Shown in pieces: positions 27,092 through 42,005 of a DNA stretch of 64,000 nucleotides (position 1 is the first letter of the stretch; the number at the start of each line of letters is the position of its first letter). The stretch is taken from NCBI GenBank assembly GCA_050084985.1, contig JBITNC010000002.1:7812001-7876000 (forward strand). The letters are read 5' to 3'. Both the position numbers and the translations under genes were made by a program. The DNA comes from Nageia nagi. Lineage: Eukaryota > Plantae > Pinophyta. The notes below the pieces were generated by a model. The model worked only from the letters and a program-made list of their open reading frames with translations. It was not told the DNA's origin and ran no database searches.

Positions 27092-29479
27092 ATCTCCCCC
27101 TTTGATATTGTTATCAAAACTCACTTTAGTCATGATCTCTCTCCCCCTTTTTGTCAATAATGTCAGAGGTGCATGCTTTGATCAAGAGGGTACTTCATGA
27201 TTGCAAATCAATTAAACAAATCAATAGCAACCTTCACATTAGTACACATACTAACATAGCAACATTGGGTCATGGTAATTTGTAATATCATACTTCACCA
27301 ACCTTAGTATCATCATATGGACATGAACCATTTGATTACAAACAATAACAATAACAATAGTGAAAATAAACAAAATTATCATTTTTCAATGCACACATCA
27401 GCAAACATAGTTCTACTTTAATTAGAATTACTTAACCAACATAGCATCAGCAATGATAATATTTTTAGTAAAAATAAATAATATTAATACTCTTTTGGAT
27501 CATTAGCATAAATGACCATCAACAAACATAGCAACAACATTCATTATAGTATGACAACAAGTAAAAGAGATAGTTTGTATTTTAATATCTTTAGCTAGCA
27601 AATCCATCATAGTAATACTAAAGGCAAGAATAGATATATTTGATAGTCTTCTCTCTGAAGTCCTTTTTGACTAGTACAATAGCAATAACAATTTATCCCA
27701 TAATAACAATGACATCTAGTTATATGCTCATCACTAAGCAAAACTATACTTGTAGTAAGCCCTATCATTATAAAATGATAATCAGAACTCCTTCATACTA
27801 GTTTGACTCAAAATATCTCTATCAATAGCATCCTAAGCACATTGTGTAATCTTTTCTTCAATAATAACATAACAACATGGTATAACATCTTCAATGTGCA
27901 CACAAATATAGGTCCAATATCTTTAAGAGATAAAGTGCCAATGACCATTTGTTATAATAACATTTTTTTAATACGATAGAGGATAGATTCAATTTGAATA
28001 AATCATACTGAACTTGACCACACATATTGATACTAACATGAGCATAGTATATTTTATATATACTCAATAGAATAAGTGGAAACATGAGCACTTGCAATTG
28101 GCAGTAATAAGTGAAAGATATAAATATTGAGGATATTAATTGCAGAGAACATAATCAATAAACAACAATGACAACATAGTGAACATATGATTGGATGATG
28201 ATGCATTCTACTCCCAACATTACCAATGATCACTAGAGAATTCTCTTACTAATAAGTCTACTATATGCCCAAAAATATTGTAAACTCAAGATACTTTTGA
28301 TAGCAAGATAACAACACTCTCAAGAACCTAACTTAACACTAATCTATCAGCTAGCAATTTTGTTCTTCATTACAATTCCATTGTACTATACCAATTTCAA
28401 TAAAAATTGTTTAACATAAACATGGCACCAATAACCTCATGAAAACATATACTTCCTCTTACTCCTTTCTCATCATCCTTAGGCAATTCTTACACATGTA
28501 GGAGCTCTAGGGTTATTCCTAAGGGTCATTCCAAAAACAAACTTAAAGACACTTGTATAATAACCATGGTGAAATCATCATTGTTTGAAAATTTACATGT
28601 AGAGTAAAAGGTAAATTTTCATGGAACCTTAAAAAAGATTGGAAAATCAATGCAAAATGAATTTATTATCAGTTTCAAAATATAGCCTTCAAAATAACAA
28701 GTATGAAAGGAAAAGTCTAGGAAACCTTCAAACTCTAACTCTAGGGTTTCTTTAGTGAGACATAATGATTGAAATCATGTTCACCTATTTTCATTGAAAT
28801 TTAGCAAATAGCTTCATTGTGTTTTTTTAGGTTAATTATTTACCTCAAATGTATACTTGTTTTACCATGGCTTTTGATTTTCATAATTTAATTTCTTTTT
28901 AATATTTTATATATGTAATTCAAGTTGAGGCAAAATTAGCAGTATTTATAATTTTTTTTATAATTTGGAGGTGAATCATAATTAGAATTTAAAAATAAGA
29001 TTAATATTTTAGTGATTTGATACATGAAATTAATACCCACATGTAATTTTAGAGCGAATGGCCTCCATTTTGGGGGTCCAAATGTTAGCCAATTTCAAAA
29101 TCTTAAGATCCTAATTTCCCTTATATGATCTTATTAGATGCTAGGAAAAACATTAAGGGGATCTAGAATTTTCTTGCACTTTCTACCCTTAAGGACGTGC
29201 TCCCATTGATCCTATCAATGGGGTGGAAGTGAGACCACTTCTAGCTCTTGTCCATACTTACTTATTTAACCAATGTGACAAGTTTCCTCTTCAAATTTTT
29301 TTCTCTATATCTTCTTATTCCTGGGTACTAATCTATTATCAAACTTATCTACATCAACATGTTGGTTGTTTCTCCTTGGAGGTTATCTATTATGCATTCT
29401 TAAAAACTAATCATTCTTCATTTCATGTCTTTTTTCCTTCTTTATGGATGATGTATCCTACTATCATGCCACCTATTTA

Positions 29480-30820
29480 AAACCAAAGAGTTTCTACAAA
29501 ACCTTTCCATATGTGCATAATTATGAAATTTAAAATACTAAACATCATACAAATTTGAGGGGCATATGTAATTCTACTAGCATGGATATTTGATCTAATA
29601 TTTTCTCTATAACTAACAACACTATGACCATACTGATGATATCTAATGCATTGAATATTTTCATCTGACATAGACCTAAATGATATTTATCTACCCAACT
29701 CTCTATGCATGATGTTTGAACTACATCTGGATACTTTATGCCCATATTGATTTCATTTAAAACAATGATCATAAAATGCATTATCATAAACAGGATGGGA
29801 TGCATGAAACCTATTTAGTTGATATTGATTTGTTACAAATTTTATTCGATAACTTCTTTGATCTTGTGGCCAACTTTGTTGATGGTGTGATTTGTTTCTC
29901 CTTGATAACTCTTTCTTCTATTATCTTGCCTTCTATTCTTCATCTGACCATTTACCTTTTTATGCTCAACTTATTTATATTTTATAGATAGATTTGGTGA
30001 TTTGGATTCATGCTCTTTTTTTCTTATTCTTGTAGCATTGGAACTCTTCTTTATTGTAGTATTGGAAGATGAGGGTTCCTCTACATCATATCCAAGACCA
30101 AAATTGATTTTAGGAGCTCTTTTTGTTTCATCATATCATCTATAATATTTGTGCTCTTTTCAAATTTTAGACTTATGGATAGCTTTCAATTAGCTTCATC
30201 TATTTTCTTCCTTAAAGAAATAATTTCCTTTACCAGTTTGTAGCATGAAATATTTTTCTCATTGATCTATAATATAAGAGCTTCTTCAACTCTCCTAGAT
30301 TCTTCTATTTGTAATTTTAAATCACCAACCACTTTATTGGTTTCCTCATGTTTGCTACATATTTATAGGGATGATATCAGAGCTTCTTCCATCTTCTGAG
30401 TTACCTCAAGATGGCAAGATCTTCATCAAATTTGCTATAATATTTAGCACTATCATAAACTTGTGATTTTAGATCTTCTTTCATCCTCTTTGGTTTTTGA
30501 ATATGTATGTAGAGGTCTTCAATTTGATTGCCATATTCATTTAATTTCTTGGATCTCCTTTGGTTCTTCCTTATTTCAACATCAAAGTCTTCAAGAGAAG
30601 ATATGAGCTCTCCTTAAAGGTTGAATGTAGCTTCTATCTCTTCATATTTAGAATCTTTTCGATTATCAATTTTGTTTTCTTTATCTTCTATACCTTGCTC
30701 TTCATCCAAATTAGCAATTTTTTTAATTCTGTAATTGGGATATGACTTCCTTCATGGATTTATCTATTTGATCTTGATTAAATTTAGGTGCCTTCTTAGT
30801 TCCCTTTCTTTTTCCCATCA
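29480..30820 (-). pseudogene. gag: Decayed copia gag of element B
   Basis: Starts just after the PBS (MMGKRKGTKKAPKFN), then a coiled-coil-like stretch and decayed CCHC knuckles such as HCFK*NQYGHKVSRC (about 29720-29770) and IQCIRYHQYGHSVVSYR. No pol follows. Confidence 0.65.
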
Positions 30821-30887
30821 TGACTAATCCCAGATCTTCCTAACCTTATTAAGCTTTTATCTAACAAAATATGGCTCTAATATCAAT

Positions 30888-33581
30888 TATTAGTCACATA
30901 ATGACACTAAGAGAGGGTGTGAATTAGTATCTTAAACTTTAAACTTAAATATTTATTGCTTAAAACCAATGTAATGAAAACTAAAATAAAATAAACCAAG
31001 CATATCAAGGAAACATCACATAACACCAAATATAACAAGGTTCACCATTTAGGCTACATCTCAGAAAATGACTACTTAGACTTCCATCCAAATCTAGTCT
31101 TTGTAAAGAACCAACTCTACAAATAATTTACTAGCACTAACCAAAAGGAGCATCAACCCCTAAGTTTTGTAGCATCCACTATAAGGAGTACCACCCCTCT
31201 TTCCAAGCACCCACTTGGTCTTTAAAGCTAGATTAAAAGTTTTACATAAAAATGCCTTCTCTATTAATATATTCCTCTCTGATCTTTAGCTCATTAAACT
31301 TGATCAATTCAGCTATTTCTCTTGCAAATATGCATTTAGTATTCATAGTCATTATTCTACCCATATTGATAATTGGTTATAGTTTACTCATTAATAGTAG
31401 ACTTAGTTGATGGCCATATAGAACTTCATGACTCTCTACTTGCTTTGACACTTAGGTCAACATAATAGGTTCTCATTATCAATCTCATTGCTCATTTGAT
31501 CATTAACACTTTCAACACTAACATCACCTTTTCACTCACACACCTTCACTATACATCAACTTTGATCATTGATTATCTTTCTCACACCACCAAGAACCAC
31601 TCTCTCAACACATACAACAAACCCTTCACCAATGCATGTGCATTACATTAATTATGCTCAATTTTAGTTACAATTCTATTATACACTCATTCATTCTACT
31701 GTCTTCCTAATAGTTGTATGTTCAATTCACATGTTCCCATTGGTTGCATGTTAATCTCTTATTCTCATTGTTTGCATGCATTAGATTTGCATTATTTAAT
31801 TCATACAATCATGAATGTATGTATCACATTATATTCATCTTGATATTTCAGCCATTTTCTAAGTTTTTCTCTAACTTTCATAGTTACCTTTTCATCTTTG
31901 GCTGCATAACCACCTTCATTACTGCATAAGGATTTGCTTTTCCATATAAGGACATTCTTCTCTACATAATACTTTTCACTTCAAAATGTTATACCTTTGT
32001 ATAGCAAGTTAATTTTTTGCATAATCCCTTTGATTTTTGGATAAGACCTTTCATCATTGCATAATACTATATATGTCTACATAAGCTTATTCTATATGTA
32101 CAAGCCTTGTTTTTTCTACATAAGCTCTACATAAACCCTCATATGTCACTTCAACTTCAATTTGATGCCTTAGCTTCTTGCTAGCACTTAGAATCCATTA
32201 TTATCATGGTTTGGGTCCTATCTATATATGTTAATGGCTAAGGCTTCTTCCCTGGCACTTGATACTCATGCCTGATGCCGTAACTCCTTTATCAACATAT
32301 TTACCTAACATCTCCACTCCATTTTGATACTTATACCACCTTTACAATGCTAAGACTCCCTTACCAACACCTAAGCTTGCTTTCCTATACCATGTGTCAC
32401 TTTTTGATCCCTAAACATGCTCATTAGTACCTTGTATTCCTTTATAATGACTTTCTTGATTGCATAAAATTGGAGTCTATCGCATAAGCTTAAATATGGT
32501 TCCTTGGAATCCTTTTTAATCTCTGAACAAGCTCACCTATGTTTCCACATGTCACTTGTTGATGCTTTGAATTCCTTTACTAGCATTGAATCTTTTATTT
32601 ATGATACAATATGGTACCTCTACATAACCTATTGCACGATCGCATAAACTATTTCTTCTCTACATAACTTATTTCATCTTTACATAAATAATTGGACCTA
32701 TGCATAAGCTACTACATCTTTGTATAATGTATGTTTCCACCACATAAGGTAGGTTTCCACCATATAATTCATGTTTCCATTGCATGATGCATGTTTCCAC
32801 CACATAACCTACTTCAATATTTGCATAATGCATGCTTTCTTTGCATAAGACCTAAAGTTACAGCATAAGCCATTCAACCACTGCATAAGCCAATCAACCA
32901 TCACATAGGCTAGTATTTATCTACATAATCCCTTTTTTGACCACATAATCTCATTATTCTCTCCATAAGCTCCTCTTTTTTCTCATAATTTAATAAGTTA
33001 CCACATAAGATTAAGATCTTGAATCCTCACATAGGGTCTGAGATATACATCGCTTCTTGGCATAAGCCCTTGGGTTATTATTGTATGCATAATTATGATC
33101 TTTTATACATAAGGAATTTGACATATATTGAGCTAATAATTAGTGGGAAAAATAAATGAATACAATAATTTTGAATTTTAATTTTGAACCTTAGAAACAT
33201 ATGAAGTAAACTTTGACTACCTATAATTTGTAAACCATAGCTTGGAATGAGATGCTGTAAAAAGCAAAGTTTGAGATTTTTGCAAGAGCTATCTAACCAT
33301 ATCCTCAAAAATAAAAATAGATGTAGTATGGATATAATATTTGACATGATACTTTTAAGGCTTTTACATATAAAAGATGTAGTTGGCATATAGCAAATAC
33401 CACTTACCACCTTTGACTCCATAGTTACTTCATCATTACCCATCATTGAATGACTATAATGATTACAACATGATTGCACTTGATCACCTTTAAATTTGTG
33501 GTAGCAACTCAAGAAAATAAACTCCTCTAAAAATAATGATCCTTTAATAATAATAACACCAACACAAGCACATGGCCAACA
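30888..33581 (-). repeat. 5' LTR of element B
   Basis: Begins TATTAGTCAC, ends GGCCAACA, adjacent to the PBS. Confidence 0.9.
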
Positions 33582-34710
33582 TCTCCTCCAACATGGAATG
33601 TAGGACACTATGAGTCATTATTTTTTATTTATATGTAATAAATGGGCCATAGGAATTTATGTACCAAATAATACTTGTAATTTCATTGGCCACTTGTAAT
33701 ACATGATTCCAAGATATATTAATAATTGTAAATACAATATTATTCTCCTTTAATGGGATGTTTCATACTTGGCCATCGGATCTTGTAATTTGGTATTAAT
33801 AGGCAAGTTTATGACTACCACACTTGTATGCGAGGCAAGGATGGATTTATGGCTATTAACTTGAGCAACCATGATGATTTAGAGGAACCTAAAAATCATT
33901 GCTTCTCATACATGGCATTTTTTTATCCTTAGATGTGATTACTCCCATCTCTAGGCATCTCAATCCTATACATGGGACAAGTGAGCACACAGATCAACCC
34001 CGAACACTATTTGATGAGATTACATCAATCCCAATGCATGATTAGAATATGAAGTTACCTATATAAGAAGTATACTTGGAAGAAAAATACATGTATGATA
34101 TTATAATTATTCTTCTTCTTTTGGTTAGGATTATGCCTCTCCTACATCCATATTGGTGGTATGAAGAACTTGAATTCTAGCATAGCTTCAAGTTTATGCA
34201 GTGCTTTCTTAAGGATTAGTGAATCTCAAAGATTACAACTAGCTATTCATTGGGTGTTGGAATTTCCCTTGGATTATTAGAATACTACTAGTGGATATTT
34301 AAGATTCCACCATAACTATTGGAGGAGGAAGCCTTGGTGTAAACCTTGTCACACTATGGGTCCATGTCTTGGAGCATCATTCTACACTACATTTTCATTA
34401 TAATTGACGTTAATACAATTCTATTCTTTGAGTACAATTACTTTGGCCATTACATTGTTATTTTGCTATCATTTTGTCATATTTATCTCTTAATTCTTAT
34501 ACATTGGATTCAAAGTGTAATTTTTCATTATCAAATTCCCACTAATGCTCTACAATTGTAACGTTCAAATACTAGAAGTTTTGCATGCTCAAATTTCATA
34601 TCTTGTTCACTATAGCTAGATGTTGGGTTATTGGATATATTTTACAAGTTCAAATTCATATTTTCCATTTCTAACTAGATTTTGGACTTCTTATATAATT
34701 TTGAGCCTAT

Positions 34711-37700
34711 TGTTGTAATTACAGACTGATCAAGTTGAAGATTCAAGCTCTCCAATCCTTCATTTCAAAATGTGGTACCCCTACATATTTTTTTAGTGAA
34801 ATGCCTATGCATTTCATATGCTCTTGAAAATTACCCCACATTTTTGAGATACCCATCACATTTTTGAAATGTGCCTACATTTTCGAAATGCACCCATGTT
34901 TCTAAGATACCCATCGTGTTTTGTTAGTAATGCCTAGAAGTTATGAGCTTTGATTGTTTCAAGGTATTTTTTAGTGGTTCCACTTCATTTTTGCTCACTT
35001 CACTTTGTAGTCTTTATGTTAATAACCTCTAGCACATGTTTGTAACTCCTTTTATTTGTTTTAGGTAGATTTGATCATGGATTTATGTAACATTCCATAG
35101 TATTTAGTTTCTTCATCATGAGAGATCAGCTTCAATTACTTTTGAGCTCTATATATTGTACTTAAAATTGTATCAGATAATAAAATTAATAAATCAATTG
35201 TATATTGTGTTAGCATCAAACTTGTCTCTCATATTGGCATCAGAGCTAGTATATCTATATGGGTTTAAAAGTAGAGTTTATGGATACTTTGAGAATAACT
35301 TATCAAGTTTTCTCACAAGTGATCCAAGAGAGTTTATGTTGGTTGTTGTGTGAGATTTGTTTTTTGTGATTCTAGTTGCGTGTAGTTGAGTAAGAGAGAG
35401 ATCTGAGAGTTCTATAGAGAGCATATTTTAGTGTAGATTGTAGCATGAGTGTATGTGAGCAAGTTTATTTTTAGTTTATGATTTTACTAGAATTTGAGAG
35501 TGTGAGGTTTGTGAGAGCAATTTTTGCTACTATAGAATATTTATGAAATATATACACTTGTGAGTGCTTATTTCTATTGGTATGATGACCAACTATGATT
35601 TGCAAACCCTAATGTTTTTTGGAGAAGAGTATAGTTCTTGGAAAGGAAAATAAGGTACTTCTTGATTGCTAAAGGACTTTGGGATTGTATCATTATGGAG
35701 TATGAGGAATGTAAAGACTAAAGCATCCTTCTAAATGAAGAAAGAAGATAAAGGAAAGAGGAACAACACCAAAATTGCATTTTCATATTAGAGATCAGAA
35801 AGATTTTGGAACCAAACACTTTTCCACTCATTGCAAGTTGTATAATAGGTACAAGTGCATGGTAAAGATTATAATATGTTTTTGGGACTAAGTTTGATGA
35901 TTGTGTGAGCAAGGGGGACTCTTATAAAGATCAGCCCTATTTTGAAGAGTTTTGTGAGTACTTTTGTGTGCAAAATATTAAGCAAACTTATGAAAACTTT
36001 GGTGAGTTTTATGTTCAAAGAGGTTATATCAATGAAGGAGAAGTAGCCAATATTGTTCCAAGCATTGTTGATGATGTGAGTTTTATTTTTCCATATTTGT
36101 TTTATGATGATTTCTTCTTGGAGGAGGCACACATTGTTCCCAAGATAGTTAATAGTCCTCTTAAGGAGGATAATGAATATGTTTCTAGTTTTATCTTGGA
36201 AGACAAAGTGTATGTTGATACATATTTTAACAAGATACATCAAAATATTATTATTACTATTTTTTAACTTAACAAGACCAATCCAAGTATTTTTTATGAA
36301 GTTGGTACTATTTAAGACTCTCATCAAAGAGAGAAAGTGTATGTTGGAGTTCATACAAAGGGGGAGAAAAATAAAATATGTCTTATTGAAGAGGCACTTG
36401 TGAATGATGCTTGTTGTGAAGACCACCAAGATAAGGTGGAGTATGCTACTTATTGTGAAGACCACCAAGATGAGATGGAAGAAGAGTATTTTATGGAGGC
36501 CCAAGATTAGAATTTTGTTGAAGGAGATTCATATAATGAATCCACACCAAATATGGAGGAGTATGATGAAAACAAGGAGCCAATACTTCACTATGATTGG
36601 CTCACTTAAGTTAATATGAAAATTGCTTTGTTGAAAGAGGAGATTAAAGATCAATTTCTTGGCACTCCAAATTTGCAAGAAGATGAAGATAAACTCATGG
36701 AAGAGTGTTGTTATTTAGGTGCATCCCAATCATATGAAGATGAATACCATTCATTTGAAATGGTGTATTATGAAGAATTAGATTTGTAAAATCACTCATT
36801 TTAAGTGAAAGATTATTTTGATGAAGAAGTAATAAATGAAATTATATGGGATTTTAATCCAAGGGATCATATAAATAAAGAAGAAGTAGAGTGCATTATC
36901 TTGTTGTTTAAAAATCACTCATATGGAGTGAAGCACCCTTTGTGTAAAGAGACTGAAGATGTAATGGAGATTGGTGAGCTTCAAGTTTTAAACACTATGG
37001 ATCCATCAATTGGGAAGCTTGAAAATCACTCCCATGAAATGACTATAGTGATGGTTGATGGTTGTCTTGAAAAGGTAACAATGAGTGAAGAAGAAATGAA
37101 GAGAACTCTTAGAGATTTTATGGTTGCCACCAATGCAAAAGTACAATAGTTTGGTACAAATGAAGGTTCATGGGATCCTACTCAAAGAAATATTGGAGGT
37201 AATAGTTTTTTGTTGTTTGATTTTGGCACTAATGATTGTTTGAGTAAATGGTTTATGGAAGGTTTTGAGGCTGCTAATGGATATGAAGCATGTCTTACAA
37301 AGACATCATATGAAAACTTGAAAGTGGAATCTCATTCTTGGAGAGCACAATTTTCAAGCATTAAGGATTAGCTTTTCGAGACTCATTTGAATACTATTTG
37401 TGAAGATTGTTTTGTGATGAAAACCATGGAGATCTTCCCCCCTAAAATAAATAATTTGATGCTCAAATATCCTTGGATGAAGGAGACATATGCAACAATA
37501 GTGAGAAGTTATAATTTGTGTGAAGAGTATTGCTTTCTAATTGCATATGTAATAATTCATATGGCTTTATGTTGTTTGAAATGTTGTGTACTAATATGTG
37601 AGAGAGTGGTATGGTTTAATCATCTATGTGAGATGATTGAATGTTGTAATTACATCACTTTGGAGGTATGGTGCACCCATGTGAGCAAATATGAGCAAGG

Positions 37701-38482
37701 ATGGTTGATGTGCATGTTTGGCATGTCAATACAAGTAGTTTTTTATTAAGGAGGAGTACCTCATCAAAAGGCACTCAACATGTATTTACAAGAATCAAGA
37801 ATGATATAGGATAGACCAAAAAAGGAGTAGAAGGAGTGGCAAATAATTTTTAATAAATTCTAAGTTTTTTACTTCAATAATAGAAGAAACACAAAAGAAG
37901 ACCAATCAACCCACTCTTCCAAGTTCTCTTTGATGCTTTTGAACTCATGGGTGAGTCCCTTCAGCATCAAGGGGGAGTATGTTGGAATTGTAGACTGGTC
38001 AAGTTGAAGATTTGAGGGTTTTCAAACCTCCATTTCAAAACATGGCACCCTTGCATATTTGGTTAGTGAAATGCCTACACATTTCATATGCTCTATAAAA
38101 TACCCCTACATTTCTAAGAAACCCATTGCATTTTTGAAATGTGCCCATGTTTCTAAGATATCCATCATATTTTGTTACTAATGCCTAGAATTTATGAGCT
38201 TTGATTATTTCAAGGCATTTTTTGGTGGTTCCATTTCATTTTTGCTTGCTCCACTTTGTAGTCTTTATGTTAGTAACCTCTAGCACATGTTTGTAACTCC
38301 TTTTAGTTATTTTAGGTAGATTTGATCATGGATATATTTAACAATCCATAGCATTTAGTTTCTTGGTCATGAAAGCTCAATTTTAAGTACTTTTGAGCTC
38401 TATATATTATACTTCAAATTGTATCAAATCATAACATTAAGAAATCAATTGTATACTATGTTAGCATCAAATTTATCTCTCA
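34711..38482 (+). mobile_element. Element C: non-autonomous Ty1/copia LTR retrotransposon (3.8 kb)
   Basis: LTRs 34711-35231 and 37980-38482 (TGTTG...CTCTCA). Perfect TSD CCTAT (34706-34710, 38483-38487). PBS TGGCATCAGAGC (35235-35246). PPT AAGGGGGAGTA (37969-37979). Copia gag N-terminus remnant FFGEEYSSWKGK..YFLIAKGLWDCI at about 35610-35695. Confidence 0.93.
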
Positions 38483-38570
38483 CCTATTTGATAAATTTTG
38501 AAACTATAAAGGTAAATGTCCCTCTCAAAGGGAAAATTTGAGAAGTGAGCCCTAGTTCAGCTCATCATAG

Positions 38571-38583
38571 TGGTATCAAAGCC
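38571..38583 (+). promoter_or_regulatory. tRNA-iMet primer binding site of element A
   Basis: TGGTATCAAAGCC (consensus TGGTATCAGAGCC), 1 nt after the LTR end. Confidence 0.85.
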
Positions 38584-39431
38584 AAGATCTTTTCATCCTC
38601 TTGGGTTAGTTCTTGGAAGATTTTTAATTGTTGAAGAGGAGAAGAGAGGAGAAGAGAGCATTCTATCATTTGAATTGGGCTTGTTGTAAAATAGAAGGTA
38701 TATGTTGAGGGGTTAGAGGTCAAATTACTTGATTGGGATATTAAAATTATGATGTTGGAGGACTAGGAGACAAGTCACACTCTTCTGGCTAGACATTGGA
38801 CCTATTTTCACCATATTTTTATTTTGATGGCTCTCATATGAACCATTTAGCTTTATCAAGATACATTTCTAAAACTTTTACATTTTTCTATCAAGTTCCA
38901 AGTTTATTACCTTTAATATAATGGTTGAATTGCCAAGAGGATATTCATTTGGGCTAAAGAAGCTTGGTTCAAAGTTATTTTAGAATCCTAAGGCTAAAGT
39001 AGATAGTCTAGAGCAAGTTTTAAGACTTGCTTGGCATTTTGAGGCTATATAGAACCAAATTTTGGTATTATGAGTCCATTATGAGTCCATTTTGAGGGCA
39101 TTTTTGAGGTTTAATTTATATTTTGAGATCACCCTAAGGAGGATGTTAGCACACTAAGGGTATTTTAGTGTTTGATCTGCATATAAAGCCATATTGAAGT
39201 GAATGTTACATTATGGGTCATATTTTGAGGTATATTTTGCATTTTATGACCATTTGAGGGTATATGTTAGAGTTGTAAAGGAGTTTGAGATTTTTTAGAG
39301 GCAAAAAGGGAGACATTGGGTCATAAGCTCAACTTTTGGCAATCAAGAATCTCGATCTAACATTGGACTAGTATTTTTCACCATGGAAGGATCTTGGAAT
39401 TTTAGGAGGGATAAGTTGTTCTATTTAAATA

Positions 39432-41995
39432 ATGGATGGAGAAAAGGTAGACAAGTGGTTTGATACTATTTACCAAATATCAACCATAACAAGTTCAAAA
39501 TTACCTAGTGAGACTTGTACACCCATAAAAGAACCAAGGGTAGAAAAATTAGAATATCTACAAAAGGAGTACAAGATAAGATCAAAAAATTATAAGACTA
39601 TAGACTTAAATATATTTGTGGACTTTAAGATAAAGAAACATATACTAAAAAGCACCCATTACACTCATACTCCAAACCCATCGGATCAAGGAAAAAGCAC
39701 ACCACCATAGAAGAAGGAAGAAGATCAAGCACTTCCAAACAAGTACACACATCTCAAAGCAATTAAGAGTGAATCTACTACCATAAATTCAATCAAGGTC
39801 GAGCTAGCCAACACTAAGATAGACCTCATGTAGGCAAGAAGGGAGAAACATGTAGCACTATCCAAGGTATCCAAACTAGAAATAAAAATGAACTAAAAAC
39901 AAAGTGCCTATCTCTTGAGGATAAATTAAATGATAGAAAAGAGATTACCATTCAATAAAAAATGTAGCAAGGAGGTAAGGAGGGATTCAGATAGGTTGAC
40001 AAGGATGTAGCATAAGTATAAAATATTGGAAAAAATCATGATAAAATTTGCAAACTTTAGGAAAGAAAGAAAGAGGAGAGTTTTGAATGGAAAAGGAAAT
40101 ATGAATTAGCTCAAGGGACATTTCAAGAGGCTATGATATTTCAGCAACAAATTCAACATAGGTATAAAATATTGAAACAAGAACATGAAAACATTTGTGG
40201 ACTTTAGGAGGGGACAAAAAGGGAAAGCTTTTAGTAGAAAAATAAATGTGAATTAGCTTAGGTATCATTGGAAGAAGCTACCACACTACAACAATAAGCA
40301 TAGTAGAAATAGGAAGCAAAATTTATAACCAACATATGTAGAAAGGAAAAGGAGATTTAAGGTTTACAAAAGGAAGTCTCAAATCATCATGGAATTGTCA
40401 AACTACAAAATATGGAAATATGTTGACTTTAGCAAGAGTTAGCAAAAGGATACCAACTAAATGCACTAGCTCATGATAGGTAAAGAACATTGGAGAGTAA
40501 ATTAATACACAATTACTCCCAAATAAATGTACAACTATTGAAATCTAGAAGCAACATGAATTAGAGTTAAAAGTAGAATAGGAAAAGCATATTAAAAATT
40601 TGGAGGGAATAACCCAACATAATGATCAAGATGTGAATGATATCTAGAGAACATAAATTGAAGAAAAAATAAAAATCTCTATCAAGATCATTACATTAAT
40701 GAAGATATCAAATACAGTATCAAGGGATATGATTATATTACTGCAAGAAATAGAGTTGATCGAGATAGAGAAGGGGTTCACTCTAGAAAAGGATTAGATG
40801 AAATCCATTTCTTTTAAAGCCCAATATCATGATTATTTAACTAAAAATAAAAGTTTACAATTACAAATTCAAAAATCAAGTAAGTAGATAATGGAGCTTC
40901 AAAGAATACTTGATATTGAATAGAAAGATTGTATGGACAAGGAACTTCACTATCAGGTAGAACTCCACAACATCAAGTAGGAATCAAACAAAGATGCTAT
41001 GAAAAATTTTTAGTTAGAAGAAGAGTTTCTTATCCTCAAAGAAGATAATGTTTATTTATCTCAATCCCTAGATAAATCGTACAAAGATAAGGAGGTACTA
41101 ATGGACATAAACAAGAAGCTAATACATGACCTTAGTGACAAAAAGGTAGGGAGAATAGGGAATGCTACTTTGCAAAAGGTGGATTACAATTTACCATTAA
41201 AAATATGCCTTGAATCTTTGAACACATTTTTTGAAGGAAGAACACTTATTGAGGAATCAATTAATGGAGACAGTACCAAAGAAAGCTATGATGGGAATGA
41301 AGACTCCAAGACAAATCATGATATAGGGGATGACAGAGGATTGCAAGAAAATATTTTGATAAATACCATTAGTACATACTTATATATACAAGATATTGTT
41401 GTGCTCAGCTTGAATACATAAAAGAAGCTTGAGCAGTATGTAGGTAACTCATGGATGGTCACATAGGGTTAACACTTAGCTTGGAGCACACTTTTCTTAA
41501 ATAGAAACTTCACTTCATAGTGGAATTTCATCAACTTAGAGGAACTTGCGCATGTAAAGAACATCAAATATAGAATTTAGACACATAGAGGAGGACTTGC
41601 CTTATTTTAGAATGTTTACTTCACTTCTAATCATCAACACATGGACATGTTTCCATTTTAATAGGAGACATATAGCATCAATGGGTATCTAGATAACAAC
41701 TTAAACACATGGGAACAAGTATTAGTATTTACCCACAATTGCTTCATTGCTACAATTACATATCCAAACTTGGGAGGCCTTACAAAAAATTTGTCCATGC
41801 TTAGTTCAATGATGCTCTTGGCATCCATAACCATCTATAGTCTCATGGTTATCAGGAAAGAAAGAGCAACTAGAGCACCAAAAGATAAATTTGTAATCAG
41901 AGTTACAAAATAAAAGTATGATCTATTAAGAACCAATTGGGATATTATCAACTTGGAAAATGTCTTAGCTTTCCCTAGGGATAAGAAATTTTGAA
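39432..41995 (+). pseudogene. Decayed purine-rich, coiled-coil-like reading frame inside element A
   Basis: ORF remnants 39432-39710 and 41101-41421 within E/K/Q-rich sequence broken by many stops. No RT or integrase motifs seen. Confidence 0.5.
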
Positions 41996-42005
41996 AGGAT
42001 GATTT

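Larger units (their letters stand above)
24436..33581 (-). mobile_element. Element B: non-autonomous Ty1/copia (SIRE-like) LTR retrotransposon with about 2.7-kb LTRs
   Basis: LTRs 24436-27091 and 30888-33581. TSD TATCC (24431-24435) / TCTCC (33582-33586). Decayed iMet PBS GGCTCTAATATCA (30873-30885). PPT AAAGGGGGAGAT on minus (27092-27103), with a second copy at about 27138-27152. Confidence 0.9.

Noticed and set aside
33093-33608. 171-aa ORF on minus
   Set aside because: Lies in the LTR of element B and crosses its insertion junction. The equivalent frame in the other LTR is broken (only 26909-27157).
35869-36504. 211-aa hydrophobic ORF on minus
   Set aside because: Antisense shadow of the purine-rich interior of element C. 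No recognisable domain.
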